IMG/VR virus record: IMGVR_UViG_3300040801_001224
Location: 62,001 to 126,000 of that record
DNA: 64,000 nucleotides
Direction: 5' to 3' (one strand)
Both the position numbers and the translations under genes were made by a program. Position 1 is the first letter of the stretch. Each line of letters starts with the position of its first letter. Shown one piece after another: positions 28,701 through 38,427 of the stretch. Below the pieces are notes generated by a model that saw only the letters and a program-made list of their open reading frames with translations, had not been told where the DNA came from and did no database searches.

Positions 28701-31700
28701 TGCTGGCGGCGATTTAATATTTAATGGCAATGCTGGTGATGATGTAGAAGTAACCTTTACCTATAATCCAAACGAAGATGGAACAGATGAAGATGTTGTG
28801 TTTAACGGCAACTCAGGTGATGATGTTGGTCGTGACTTTGCTTACATTCCAAACCCACAAGGCTTTGACACTGACATTGTATTTGATGGCGGTAGTTCAG
28901 AAACAGGATTCACACAAAATTATAACCCAGAATTCATACTTGGTAGAGATGATGACATTGAATTTGGTGGTGAAGCAGTAGTAGTTGTCGCAGAAGCATT
29001 TGAATGGATACCAAACCCAGTAGACAATAATATTATATTTGATGGTAACTCTGGTGATGATGTTGGCATTGAGTTAGGATTTGATTCTAATCCAGATGGG
29101 ACAATTGTTGATCTAGTATTTAATGGAACAGCGATAACAGAATTTACAGTTAATGTTGATGTTAACCCAGACGGTACAGATGAAGACCTAATATTCAACG
29201 GTAACTCAGGTGATGATGTTGGAGTAACATTCACTGTACTGCCTAATGATGGCGATACAAACGTTACTGACATCGTATTCAATAGCGACACTGACGATAC
29301 AGGTATAACATTTAACTATATTCCAAATCCATTTGATGCAGATATTGATATATTATTTGCAGGTGCTGGCATCCAAGTAGTTACACGAGTCTATGATACG
29401 AATCCAAATGGCACAGACGAAAACATCGTTTTTGATGGCAACTCCGGTGACGACGTTAATATTGAATTAGGGTACATTCCAAATCCAGATTCTACAGATG
29501 AAGACATTGTATTCAATAGTAATACTGACGATACAGGAATTACGTTTAACTATATTCCAAACCCAACTGACAATGATGTTAATATCGTGTTTGCAGGTAA
29601 TGCGAGTCTCGATACAGAAGTAAGTTTGGGATATACACCAAACCCAACTGGAAGCGATCTTGATATAGTATTCAACGGAGAGGCGATAGTCTCGAATTCA
29701 GAAGTTAATGAATGGATACCACATCCGGGTGACATAAACATCGTGTTTAATGATCACGCCATAACAGGATTTGACCAGAACTATATTCCAAATCCAAATG
29801 GCACAGATGAAGATTTAATATTCAATGGTAATGCAGGTGATGATGTTGAAGTAACATTCACATATAATCCAAACGAAGATGGCACAGATGTTGACATCAT
29901 ATTTGATGGAAATGCCGGCGATGACACTGGAATTACAATAAATATTGACCCAGAAACAGGTGCTGGCGGTGACCTAATATTTAACGGTAATGCATCTGAT
30001 GACGTAGAGATAAGCTTAGGATACTTGCCAAACAATGGCAATACTAACGTTGTTGATCTATTATTTAACGATCACGCCGTAACAGGATTTGACCAGAACT
30101 ATATTCCAAATCCAGACGGCACAGATGAAGATCTAATATTTAACGGCAATACTGACGATACAAACGTTATAATTAATATTGATCCTGAAAACGACAACAA
30201 CGGTGACTTAGTATTTAACGGCAACGCAGGTGATGATGTAGGCGTAGAGCTCGGATACATCCCTAATCCAGATGGTACAGATGTAGATGTTGTCTTTAAC
30301 AGTAATACTGACGATACAGGAATTACGTTTAACTATATTCCGAATGCTGATGGTACCGATGAAGACCTAGTATTCAACGGTGAAGCAATTGTCACATTTG
30401 TTAATGTGTACATTTACGAATCACATCCAGGCGTTAACAGTATTCTGTTTAACGGCAATGCTGGAGATGATGTTGGTATTGAATTAGGGTATAACCCTAA
30501 TCCAAATGGTACAGATGAAGACCTAATCTTTAACGGACATGCTGATACACCATTTGTTGTTAACGTTGATCCGGATACTGACGCTAACGGTGATTTGATA
30601 TTTAATGGCAACGCTAGTGATGACGTCGAAGTAACATACAATGTATTGCCTAATGATGGTGACACAAATATCACTGACCTTGTCTTTAATAGTAACACTG
30701 ACGATACAGGAATTACGTTTAATTATGTTCCAAATGCAGATGGCACAACTACTGACATCTTATTTGATGGCAGTACATCGGACATTAGTTTCGATTTCGG
30801 ATGGACACCAGACCCATTTGATGAAAACATAATATTCGACGGTGACCCTACGTTTGGGTTTACACAAAATTATATTCCAAACCCATCGCTTGGACAGACT
30901 GACATTAGGTTCCTTGGCACTGCTATTGTGGAAGTTGACATCGCTGAGAATAACATATTCGAGTACATCCCTAATCCTACTGGAAATGATGTTGATATAA
31001 TATTTAACGGTGAAGCGCAAGTATACACTAACTACTTGCCTAACCCTGACTTAGATATTATTGACATTGAATTTGATGGTGATGCAGAAGTCACAGTATG
31101 CTGGACGGTGGAACCAGAAAACGACAACAACGGTGATTTAGTATTTAACGGTAACGCTGATACTGATTTCGATGACACATTTGAATATATTCCAAATCCA
31201 GATGGCACTACTGTTGACATAGTATTTGATGGTGATGGAACTGCCTCATTCTGCATTAATGTCGATCCTAACCCAGATGGAACAGATGTAGATATAATAT
31301 TTAACGGCCATGCGGATGTGGTTGCTGATATCACATATGTTCCGAATCCAGACGGTACGGATGAAGACATAATATTTAACGGTCATGCTGACACTTCATT
31401 TGGCGATGAGAAAGGCGGACGTGGTGTTAACAAGACAGGTGCAACTAAGTCACCAGCACGTAGAGCAAGAACTCAAAGAATACTTGTACAGCACGAACCA
31501 TCATTAATGAGAGCAGACGCAAAGGTTGGTTTTGCTGGACACGCCGATGCCCAGTTCTACTCAGCGACATGGTCACCATTAGCTCACCCAGATATGGTGG
31601 AGAGCAAATTCTCACTGATCAATACATTAGACGCTCCAAAGAAATCTCTACAGCTTACGGAATCAACTGAAGAGAAGAAGAAACCAAAAGTTGAACTACT

Positions 31701-31887
31701 GCCGGCAGTATATGATTATGAAGGCAACGCAAAAATTGAAATAGATTTAGATGGTGAGTCAGACGTAGAACACTATGACCACCATAAATATTTGGAAAAT
31801 GAAGATGAAAAGATTATTGAATCACTGTTGAATGAACAAACAAGGATGTTTAGCTATATAATATTCAATAAACCAGAAGTCAAATAA
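25771..31887 (+). CDS. Giant acidic repeat protein (probable virion fibre/appendage) with C1q/BclA-like inserted domains
   Basis: 2038 aa; ~44 repeats of YxPNPDGTDEDLIFNGxAGDD; GRYLVHYE...ANGTRIDG...IDINAGDSITV jelly-roll-like segments. Confidence 0.7.
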   Translation: MPLLLPLRLNIDGEAPDIVFGGHSNDYQIFAGEEIVFGGEAETGFSQGYIPNPNGTDEDIVFGVCIEPSVAFENIATATGISVTANIGTPKTKRLVVIALSDEGAYPEEFQGDVFVDGKLATRIAVAQNTAGLQNHQEMFAIHEDQLGTSSGTVNVTYTGGNAGWGIRAMLYTGIKSVIPFDVGIDNTNIGPDLVTTTLDTPPGGLLVYGVSNGWEFETIEYPAPINKRNIGLNDPPDSVKFTIGDVIGTPDETDAVYTADPGPQLRSTGIAASWERANCDATGSPSFTVNINTPPSAADLFVRFTRTDNSTTGTADRVPNNGGVHILKLDPSDNYGRYTASAQGLITATESDMVLDTTIEQDPGITRVGNSVTLANTGRYLVHYEMDLQHSSANDRTDATAFIEANGTRIDGTRSYAYMRGLDGTNDGALTWTGIIDINAGDSITVRHQKTDGQDSTINPSTTFLQIWEIPANGDEVIMEATTGDFNANGIFTYDTLPHIDTDSFTATAGGNSITVDQQDHVLSFATMGRSTQTAPRAYPEVRFVLDGTTLDYMSAGVYERDSGGQALANNVAGIIPSVDANGVIQVETTQASGQGGTVTNTEGQFALLSLESVFGPYTYPPTATSNSSIGDFLILSNNGLSDALGTAGTLDPNWDTVVAQQGSVGSYNNGKFSLRPGKYLIMYSEKFATLNTTNNERFEIQGEIVQDGVGVIGGRGSDYIRKSSGQQSCIVSGAMIVDIPGEDLPDDIIFNGEAETSNAEIFDYDPVTDSIIFNGDSGNDTEISIGYDPVTDPNDNLIFNGSAETGFDQIYVPNPNGTDIDIVFNGTAVVTFVDTFEYEPHPGDVNIVFGGDADDTGVSFDFNPNPNGTDVDIVFDGNAGDDVEVTFIYNTNPDGTDEDLIFNGSAGDDVEVTFTYNPNPDGTDEDLIFNGNAGDDVSVSFGYLPNPSDNVVDIVFDGNAGDDVGITVNINPETDAGGDLIFNGNAGDDVEVTFTYNPNEDGTDEDVVFNGNSGDDVGRDFAYIPNPQGFDTDIVFDGGSSETGFTQNYNPEFILGRDDDIEFGGEAVVVVAEAFEWIPNPVDNNIIFDGNSGDDVGIELGFDSNPDGTIVDLVFNGTAITEFTVNVDVNPDGTDEDLIFNGNSGDDVGVTFTVLPNDGDTNVTDIVFNSDTDDTGITFNYIPNPFDADIDILFAGAGIQVVTRVYDTNPNGTDENIVFDGNSGDDVNIELGYIPNPDSTDEDIVFNSNTDDTGITFNYIPNPTDNDVNIVFAGNASLDTEVSLGYTPNPTGSDLDIVFNGEAIVSNSEVNEWIPHPGDINIVFNDHAITGFDQNYIPNPNGTDEDLIFNGNAGDDVEVTFTYNPNEDGTDVDIIFDGNAGDDTGITINIDPETGAGGDLIFNGNASDDVEISLGYLPNNGNTNVVDLLFNDHAVTGFDQNYIPNPDGTDEDLIFNGNTDDTNVIINIDPENDNNGDLVFNGNAGDDVGVELGYIPNPDGTDVDVVFNSNTDDTGITFNYIPNADGTDEDLVFNGEAIVTFVNVYIYESHPGVNSILFNGNAGDDVGIELGYNPNPNGTDEDLIFNGHADTPFVVNVDPDTDANGDLIFNGNASDDVEVTYNVLPNDGDTNITDLVFNSNTDDTGITFNYVPNADGTTTDILFDGSTSDISFDFGWTPDPFDENIIFDGDPTFGFTQNYIPNPSLGQTDIRFLGTAIVEVDIAENNIFEYIPNPTGNDVDIIFNGEAQVYTNYLPNPDLDIIDIEFDGDAEVTVCWTVEPENDNNGDLVFNGNADTDFDDTFEYIPNPDGTTVDIVFDGDGTASFCINVDPNPDGTDVDIIFNGHADVVADITYVPNPDGTDEDIIFNGHADTSFGDEKGGRGVNKTGATKSPARRARTQRILVQHEPSLMRADAKVGFAGHADAQFYSATWSPLAHPDMVESKFSLINTLDAPKKSLQLTESTEEKKKPKVELLPAVYDYEGNAKIEIDLDGESDVEHYDHHKYLENEDEKIIESLLNEQTRMFSYIIFNKPEVK
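28012..31401 (+). repeat. Coding tandem repeat array, ~26-aa (75-84 nt) unit, ~44 copies
   Basis: Counted 44 (I/L/V)(I/V/L)F(N/D/G/A) cores by eye; near-identical DNA copies, e.g. 28451 and 28532 (81-nt period). Confidence 0.9.
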
Positions 31888-31933
31888 CAGTGCTAATAAG
31901 ACTGATAAATAGATAAAACAATAAGGACGAAAC

Positions 31934-32170
31934 ATGGCAACCCAACAAGGAACGGTATTATTTAAAAACAAAAGTATTGAAATGCTTGAATGTAAAATTC
32001 AGGCTGTCAACACTGCGACTGCCGTCCTATCTTGGGATGGAGTTGGGTCAAACAACGATGGCGATGGGTTTTATAGCGCAACCTGTGTATTAGTTGACAG
32101 CACAACGATCCAGGTTTTTCGTAGAGCAGATTCCGAGCAAGTGTTAGTACATTGGGAGATAACTGACTAA
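31934..32170 (+). CDS. Small fibre-accessory protein (paralog of 43222-43506)
   Basis: KSIE..VNTA..ATCVLVDSTTI..VHWEITD aligns by eye with KSVQ..VNTA..CTAELTSSTNV..IFVVEFN. Confidence 0.55.
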   Translation: MATQQGTVLFKNKSIEMLECKIQAVNTATAVLSWDGVGSNNDGDGFYSATCVLVDSTTIQVFRRADSEQVLVHWEITD

Positions 32171-33000
32171 TGAGCAATTTTTATGTAAAAGTGAACTCTA
32201 ACAGAATTGTTGTCGCAGTGATGGACCTGGGTGCTGAGTACACGAAAAATAATTATTACCCGATTGATGAGTACAACACAGACTTGTTAGGAACTCAACT
32301 TGCACCAGGAATCTTACCTGGAACTCCAGTGACTATAGGTGATTTTGAAGAAAACCCCGATATTGCTGATGTCGATAATGATGGCATTTCTGTACTTAGT
32401 TCAGGCACAAGCTCATGCTGTTTATGGTTTCCTGAAACAATAGTTAAAACATACAACGTCAATCTTAAGGGCAACAGGATGACGGTCTATAATACTGACA
32501 GTAGCTCATTTTGGTCTTATTTTGCTTATGGCGGAACATATGAATATTGGGACGCTACTACGAGGTATTTCACAAATAATACCTCAAATCAAACTATCGT
32601 TGATATTGAAGGTCAAGGAGTTTTGACAAACGTTATTTGTCCAGTGCCCAATTCATGGAACAGTACCGTTACGGTGATTGTAACTGTTGATGGGGTAGAG
32701 AACGTATTTGTGTCTAGATCTAACGATACAGTAAGTAGATACTGTTTGGGATTCTTAGCACCAGAGTATGACAGTAGTGACGATGATGACGATCACATAC
32801 AATATCCGTCAGCAAACTGGAGAGAAGAAGACAGGGAAATGTTTGTGTTAATACCACCGACTGCTTTGTCACGAGGGCGTTCAGGAATTAAATTCAATTC
32901 AAGCTTAAAAGTTGACGTAAAAAGTAGCAGTGGTTGGCAATATGGTAATGATAGCATCGGCGGTGTATCATACCTAACATACATTCCGTTTGGATTATAG
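32170..33000 (+). CDS. Fibre-associated protein, paralog family A
   Basis: FPETIV..NLKGN, QTIVDIEGQGVLTNVICP, C-terminal SYLTYIPFG shared with 33010 and 43506. Confidence 0.65.
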   Translation: MSNFYVKVNSNRIVVAVMDLGAEYTKNNYYPIDEYNTDLLGTQLAPGILPGTPVTIGDFEENPDIADVDNDGISVLSSGTSSCCLWFPETIVKTYNVNLKGNRMTVYNTDSSSFWSYFAYGGTYEYWDATTRYFTNNTSNQTIVDIEGQGVLTNVICPVPNSWNSTVTVIVTVDGVENVFVSRSNDTVSRYCLGFLAPEYDSSDDDDDHIQYPSANWREEDREMFVLIPPTALSRGRSGIKFNSSLKVDVKSSSGWQYGNDSIGGVSYLTYIPFGL

Positions 33001-33009
33001 GATTAAAAT

Positions 33010-33849
33010 ATGACATTTTATGTACAACTAGACGCAGATGATACAGTTAATGCGGTTTTGGACTTAGACGGCACTGTCAGTGATCCTAGTCTTTATCCAA
33101 TTGCTTCTTTTAATTTGAGTTACTTAGGATTAAAATACACTGGCAGTGGAGATAACACTCAACAAGTAAATTTAGATGATTTTGAAAGTGCGCCCGGCAC
33201 CCCGTTTGATCCCACTGATCCAGACAATCCAAATTCACCAGTTTCCACTGGAAAATGCTTGAAATTTCCTGAAACAATCGTTAATAACGAAAATTTGAAT
33301 CTTAAAGGCAATAAGATGGCTAGTTATAATACTGACGATAATAGCTTCTGGTCTTATTTTGGTGCAGGCGGGACTTACGAATACTGGGATTCCACAGTGT
33401 ATTATGCGTATGATAACTACGAAGATCAGACGATTGTGGAACTCGAAGGCTCTGGTATTTTAACTAATGTGATCTGCCCATCGCCGAAGTCAAACAATAG
33501 CACGGTGACAGTAACGATAACGCTTGATGGGGTGGAGTATATGTTTACGTCACGAGAAAATGATGCTAATCGTAGATATTGTCTGGGATACTTAGCGCCA
33601 GATTACGATGGTAACGAAAACAACGATGATGATGATACGAGGATAGAATACCCGGCTTCGAATTGGAAAGAAGTTGATAGGGAAATGTTTGTATTGATTC
33701 CGCCAACAGCATTACAGCGTGGCCAATCAGGATTAAAATTTAAAGAGAGTATGAAAGTTCAGATAAGGAGCAGTTCAGGCTGGTCGAGATCGGGACGTGA
33801 TGAATTTTCCGGCGCATCCTATCTAACATACATACCATTTGGAGTATAA
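33010..33849 (+). CDS. Fibre-associated protein, paralog family A (tandem duplicate)
   Basis: Closely similar to 32170-33000 along the whole C-terminal two-thirds. Confidence 0.65.
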   Translation: MTFYVQLDADDTVNAVLDLDGTVSDPSLYPIASFNLSYLGLKYTGSGDNTQQVNLDDFESAPGTPFDPTDPDNPNSPVSTGKCLKFPETIVNNENLNLKGNKMASYNTDDNSFWSYFGAGGTYEYWDSTVYYAYDNYEDQTIVELEGSGILTNVICPSPKSNNSTVTVTITLDGVEYMFTSRENDANRRYCLGYLAPDYDGNENNDDDDTRIEYPASNWKEVDREMFVLIPPTALQRGQSGLKFKESMKVQIRSSSGWSRSGRDEFSGASYLTYIPFGV

Positions 33850-33852
33850 ATT

Positions 33853-34293
33853 ATGACAATAATAGTATTAAACCCAGCAACGAAGGAACCATTGGACCCT
33901 CAACGTACGCCAGTGAATGGTGATCTAGTTGAAGAAATCATGCCTGGCGGTATGAAAAAACGATATACATTTTTAGATTTAGTAGAGCCAGAGCCGATTC
34001 CAATTAGAATTATTTCAGTGAGATCTTTTCTAAATAGATTTACTTTACCAGAAAGAATTGCCTTACGAACAGCGGTGGGTGTAGATCCAATTGTAGAAGA
34101 CTTAATGGAAAGTTTAAAACTTGCGGCATTCATTGATTTGGATGATCCAATTATCCCGCCAGGCTTAGGCTACATTGCTGGTATGTCACAAGCACCAGAT
34201 CCAGTAATCGCCCAACCCATAATTTCGCCAACACGCATACCAGAATTATTAGTGGACGGTGAAGAATACGAAGAATATACAGGCTTCCGTTAA
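33853..34293 (+). CDS. Tail-fibre assembly/chaperone-like protein, paralog family B
   Basis: IRIISVRSFLNRFTLPERIALR...AAFIDLDDP domain shared with 39218, 44323 and 44821. Confidence 0.6.
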   Translation: MTIIVLNPATKEPLDPQRTPVNGDLVEEIMPGGMKKRYTFLDLVEPEPIPIRIISVRSFLNRFTLPERIALRTAVGVDPIVEDLMESLKLAAFIDLDDPIIPPGLGYIAGMSQAPDPVIAQPIISPTRIPELLVDGEEYEEYTGFR

Positions 34294-34296
34294 AAT

Positions 34297-34899
34297 TTAT
34301 TTTAAGTAACGGTCTGTTGTTTCAGTCATTAATAAGAAAACCTCTTTGTAGTGAAGTAGGTTTTCTTTTACGTTATTGAGTACTGATAGTTCTCTTTCGA
34401 TGTGTTTATTTGAAACTTGGTGAAGGTGCCTTTGTTGGAAACGACTGATTGAAGCGTAGTCATAATCAATGGCTTTGATTAAGGCATTAAACCAATCTGA
34501 ATCTTTGAATAATTTCAGTATCCAGCGGTGGGTAGCATTGCTTTTGTTGAAGTAAAATAATGTTTTCTGTAATTCGTTATATAATGCTGTGACTGGATTG
34601 ATCCCTTTTCTATATTTTGACATGACTGTTGGGAACATAAATAATGATGATTGTGTTTGGAACCCTGATGTTAGGAGTTCTAAGTCTTGATTAAAGTCAT
34701 TGATGAGATTTGTCTTTCTATTTTTCTTTTCTTCTCTAAGACCATTTAGTGTTGCCTGATAACCAACATATTTTTTTGAATAGGAAGGGAGATTGCCCTC
34801 AATGACTAACGGCAAATTCTTGTGTATGTGGCCGTGCGTCTCTGTATAACGCAAATAAGCCGCAATACGTGCTTTGTTGAAATTTATTATCTTGCTCAT
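34297..34899 (-). CDS. Hypothetical protein
   Basis: 200-aa ORF overlapping the NUDIX stop codon by 4 nt. Confidence 0.6.
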   Translation of the reverse strand: MSKIINFNKARIAAYLRYTETHGHIHKNLPLVIEGNLPSYSKKYVGYQATLNGLREEKKNRKTNLINDFNQDLELLTSGFQTQSSLFMFPTVMSKYRKGINPVTALYNELQKTLFYFNKSNATHRWILKLFKDSDWFNALIKAIDYDYASISRFQQRHLHQVSNKHIERELSVLNNVKENLLHYKEVFLLMTETTDRYLK

Positions 34900-35327
34900 T
34901 TATGTTGTTCAATTATTAATTGTAGTTTTTCATAAGCTTTGGCAGTACAAAAACTTTTCCTCGCACCAACGTGCATCGGCTTAGGCCACAACCCTAATTT
35001 AATCCATGCGTATCCTATATTTTCAGAATTTAAAATTGGTGTAAATTCTTCGTCGACAATACATATAAAGGTATAATACTTAAACATTTTGTCTCGACTT
35101 TCATAGATATCGAATGGATAAAACCTTTCTATATCTGGCACATTGCCCATCTCTTCAGACATTTCACGTAGCAGACAATCCTTGGGATTCTCGCCATTTT
35201 CGTGCATCCCGCCCCATATGCTCCAGTGCATACTGTGTGTTTTGTGTGGGGCTCTTAGAGAAAGCATTACCCTTTCTGTCTTAGGACATAAGATCAATGC
35301 CCCCGAGCCAGTCTTTTGTGCCTTCAT
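34896..35327 (-). CDS. NUDIX hydrolase
   Basis: Nudix box WGGMHENGENPKDCLLREMSEEMG. Confidence 0.85.
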   Translation of the reverse strand: MKAQKTGSGALILCPKTERVMLSLRAPHKTHSMHWSIWGGMHENGENPKDCLLREMSEEMGNVPDIERFYPFDIYESRDKMFKYYTFICIVDEEFTPILNSENIGYAWIKLGLWPKPMHVGARKSFCTAKAYEKLQLIIEQHK

Positions 35328-35381
35328 AATAATATTTACCGGAGGTTAAAGTGGTTTGTTAGGTAATGCGAAGAAAAGCGT

Positions 35382-36761
35382 TTATTTTGAACTGTATAGA
35401 CGCCAATAACCCGGATTAAATTCACCTAAATAAGTGAATATCCATTCACCGTTCACATATTTATAGTGTTGCATGTTGAATGAATTAACTGTATAAGCGA
35501 TGTCATTCTGGGTAGCGGCTTCAAATACAACTTGCCATTGGGCACCGTTATATTGGATGATATCATTAGGATAAGCTCGCAACGCACCCCAAGCGCCTGA
35601 TGTGACATCAATAGCAGGTTCTTCACCGTTACTTGTATCTGATGTTATTAAATAACGCTGACCAGTAATCGCCCCTGGAAGTTCATTACCTGGTGAGCGT
35701 TTAACTGGATTGACAATTCTGTTGATAGGACTAATGCCAGCAGTAGTGCCAGGCACAGTGTCTTGGTCAATGGCAACTTTAACAACATCTGGTTCATTAG
35801 TTAGATCAATTTGACCAATAATGTCTCCATCTTCAGATTCAATATCATTATCAGTTTTAATATATAAATCGGTAAACTCGATGTCTAGGCCATATGTTTC
35901 AGTTAATAGTGAATTCCAATCAGGAGTTTCATCAGGATCATTACTTATAAGTTTAGCAACAACATCCTGCCCTTCATATCCAACTTCTAACTTATAATCG
36001 CCTGGCGTAACAATTAATCGATCTAATTCGTTGAAACAGCCCAGTGGATCTTCTAATGTTAAATCAATCTCACGATCACTTAAATCATTAATTTCAACTA
36101 TGTTGGTTACAACTTGTTCAATCCATTGCTTACTCTTTAACTTGGCCGGTGGATTTAGCCATATAGGTGCTTCGAATGTTAGTGATGTAATTTCACGATC
36201 AGTAACAGAGCCTTGCGGAATACTTCTAGAAGACCACTGTGTGTTTGTTAGTTGTAACTCAAATATATTTGTCCAATCATAAGCGTTATCATTTTGTTGT
36301 AACGTTAGTGCATCATTGAACCAGACTAAAATTTGTTCCAATAATTGTAGCTTAGTCGTTGTTGACGTAGTCCAAATGTCTAATTGGAATGTTAACTTAT
36401 ATGGCACTGGCATGTAACGCTGTAGGGTATACATGTTGCCTGCTTCAGTTCCGTAACCAGTGTCTTTATCGTAGTTTCTTTCAACAATATTTTTTGTATC
36501 GTTAAACATTGGGTCACGTCTGCGACCAGGATCCATTTCAATATCTCTAATCCATGCGCTCATCATAGGCGATGGCATAACAACGTTTTCACTATTTTCA
36601 CGTAAAATACTTGCTACCATACGGTTTGGATCACCGTACATAATTGGCACACGTTCAGTAACAAGAGCACCGCCACGAGTTTCCTGGTAGCTTAGGTCAG
36701 CAAATACACGAATGAACTGTAGTAAGTAACGTCTAATCTGTTGGTCGTAGAAAAAATCCAT
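35382..36761 (-). CDS. gp15: Tail sheath stabiliser / tail terminator
   Basis: FFYDQQIRRYLLQF, VPIMYG, MPVPYKLTFQLDIWT, LLEQILVWF; likely start MDFFYD at 36761. Confidence 0.8.
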   Translation of the reverse strand: MDFFYDQQIRRYLLQFIRVFADLSYQETRGGALVTERVPIMYGDPNRMVASILRENSENVVMPSPMMSAWIRDIEMDPGRRRDPMFNDTKNIVERNYDKDTGYGTEAGNMYTLQRYMPVPYKLTFQLDIWTTSTTTKLQLLEQILVWFNDALTLQQNDNAYDWTNIFELQLTNTQWSSRSIPQGSVTDREITSLTFEAPIWLNPPAKLKSKQWIEQVVTNIVEINDLSDREIDLTLEDPLGCFNELDRLIVTPGDYKLEVGYEGQDVVAKLISNDPDETPDWNSLLTETYGLDIEFTDLYIKTDNDIESEDGDIIGQIDLTNEPDVVKVAIDQDTVPGTTAGISPINRIVNPVKRSPGNELPGAITGQRYLITSDTSNGEEPAIDVTSGAWGALRAYPNDIIQYNGAQWQVVFEAATQNDIAYTVNSFNMQHYKYVNGEWIFTYLGEFNPGYWRLYSSK

Positions 36762-36814
36762 GATATCCTTTTTCGATAAATATAACAATACTATTTATCA
36801 CAAAGAGAGACTAT

Positions 36815-37252
36815 ATGGATCAAGACCACGAATACTGGCAGAATTTGGAATACCCAAAGAAGCCAAATCCTACTGAAGTGGAATTATTTACGGAATATTC
36901 TTTTGGTAGTGTGTTATTACTTGGGGAAACCAAGGCCCTTCAACCCCATTGTACTGAAGCTGTGGATATGTTTCCATCAGGTTTTGCTTATCAGGGTGAT
37001 TGGTTTAGATTAGACAAACACTACAACACAATCATAGGCGACGGTGTCATTAATATTACCGGGATGGATCTAGTAGATGCTCTAAAATCAAAATGTGATA
37101 GACTAATCGTTAGAGTGTTTGGCCCAGAGCTTGAGCACAAGTATCCCTGGAAATATGCCAAATATTTTCCTGATACTTTTCCAGGAGCGTTAGATGTGTT
37201 CGAAACGCAACTGGGCTGTAGATTCGTTATCTGGGATTTTACTCGTCCTTAG
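36815..37252 (+). CDS. Possible SAM-dependent methyltransferase-like protein
   Basis: VLLLGET, AVD, GDWF, IIGDGVIN resemble class I MTase motifs; opposite strand to both neighbours. Confidence 0.35.
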   Translation: MDQDHEYWQNLEYPKKPNPTEVELFTEYSFGSVLLLGETKALQPHCTEAVDMFPSGFAYQGDWFRLDKHYNTIIGDGVINITGMDLVDALKSKCDRLIVRVFGPELEHKYPWKYAKYFPDTFPGALDVFETQLGCRFVIWDFTRP

Positions 37253-38270
37253 GACGTACAACTTTACTTAGTGCGACTTTTTCATCAGTTAACGTGCCAT
37301 CAGTATTCTTGGTGATGTTGTCGTTATTGATGAATGTATCAATTGATTTGTTAGTGCCAGTCCATTCCACACGTCTGTCTTTTTCAACATTACGGAAACA
37401 AGATCCTTCCTTACGGAATAAACGGTAAGGGTCAAAGTCAGTGCGTAGGAAATACTCGCCATCCTGTAAATCTTCAGGGAACGCATCACCTTCACCAGCT
37501 AATGGGCAACCATTGTCTGGTATAACATCATCACCCTTCCAGAATACACCAGGAGACCCATCTTCCATTACACCGATGTAGTAATGTTCTGCTTGGAAAT
37601 ACACAGGATCATAAGGAACATTCTCAGCGGCTTCTTCAATAATACCATCTGTGATTTCCTGTTGCTTACACCACGTGCTTAGTTCGTTACGAATGTCGCC
37701 TTCTTCACTGCCATCACCAATAATGTCACGGAACTCTGTGCTATCTGAAATAAGTTTTAAACGAACACGCCAGAAATGCGACCACCAACGTGGACCATAT
37801 CCCTGTCCATAGTTAGCGGCATCTTCAACGACATAGTAACGATTTACAGCACCGCGTTCTTCGTCTAGAGGGTAAAGCTCACGTAAGTGTGGCAGTTCAA
37901 TAACATCGCCTGACATAATCTTACGTCCTAAGCGATCAACCATATTGGATAGATGGAAAACAAGTTGAAGTGTATCATCAGAAAACATCAAGCCAAATTG
38001 CGTAAGATCAAAATCTCTATCACTTGGATCATAGTGGCCACGTAGCTCGTAAATTTCATCATCATAGTTACGTTCACGATTTTCTAAAAACAGTACGTCT
38101 TGTATTGTCGTTTCAGTAACATCACGTGTATCACCATCTTCTAACTTTGGTCCTACATATTTATGGACATAGCATCCAGTAGCACCGAGGTCAGTAACCT
38201 CACCTGCGATTTGGTCTATGAATTTATAATCGTTAGTCTTGTATGGTGACCATAAACTGATCTTTGGCAT
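37239..38270 (-). CDS. gp14: Neck / head-completion protein
   Basis: IQDVLFLENRERNYD, DLTQFGL, RLGRKIMSGDVIELPHL. Confidence 0.75.
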   Translation of the reverse strand: MPKISLWSPYKTNDYKFIDQIAGEVTDLGATGCYVHKYVGPKLEDGDTRDVTETTIQDVLFLENRERNYDDEIYELRGHYDPSDRDFDLTQFGLMFSDDTLQLVFHLSNMVDRLGRKIMSGDVIELPHLRELYPLDEERGAVNRYYVVEDAANYGQGYGPRWWSHFWRVRLKLISDSTEFRDIIGDGSEEGDIRNELSTWCKQQEITDGIIEEAAENVPYDPVYFQAEHYYIGVMEDGSPGVFWKGDDVIPDNGCPLAGEGDAFPEDLQDGEYFLRTDFDPYRLFRKEGSCFRNVEKDRRVEWTGTNKSIDTFINNDNITKNTDGTLTDEKVALSKVVRPKDE

Positions 38271-38427
38271 AGCGTTTTCCTTTAAAATATAACAGTATTT
38301 ATCACGGCCATAAACTTTCCTATAATACAGTTATCCTGATAAATAAGAATAAAGTACGTAACCATAGACTAGTAGCGTTCGTTGCTAGACGGGTCTCAAA
38401 GGCTCGAACGTTGGAGAAAAAAATTAA

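Noticed and set aside
28012-31401. CRISPR array or non-coding repeat
   Set aside because: The repeats are in-frame, degenerate at synonymous positions and inside one open frame, with no constant repeat/unique spacer pattern. No cas genes were seen.
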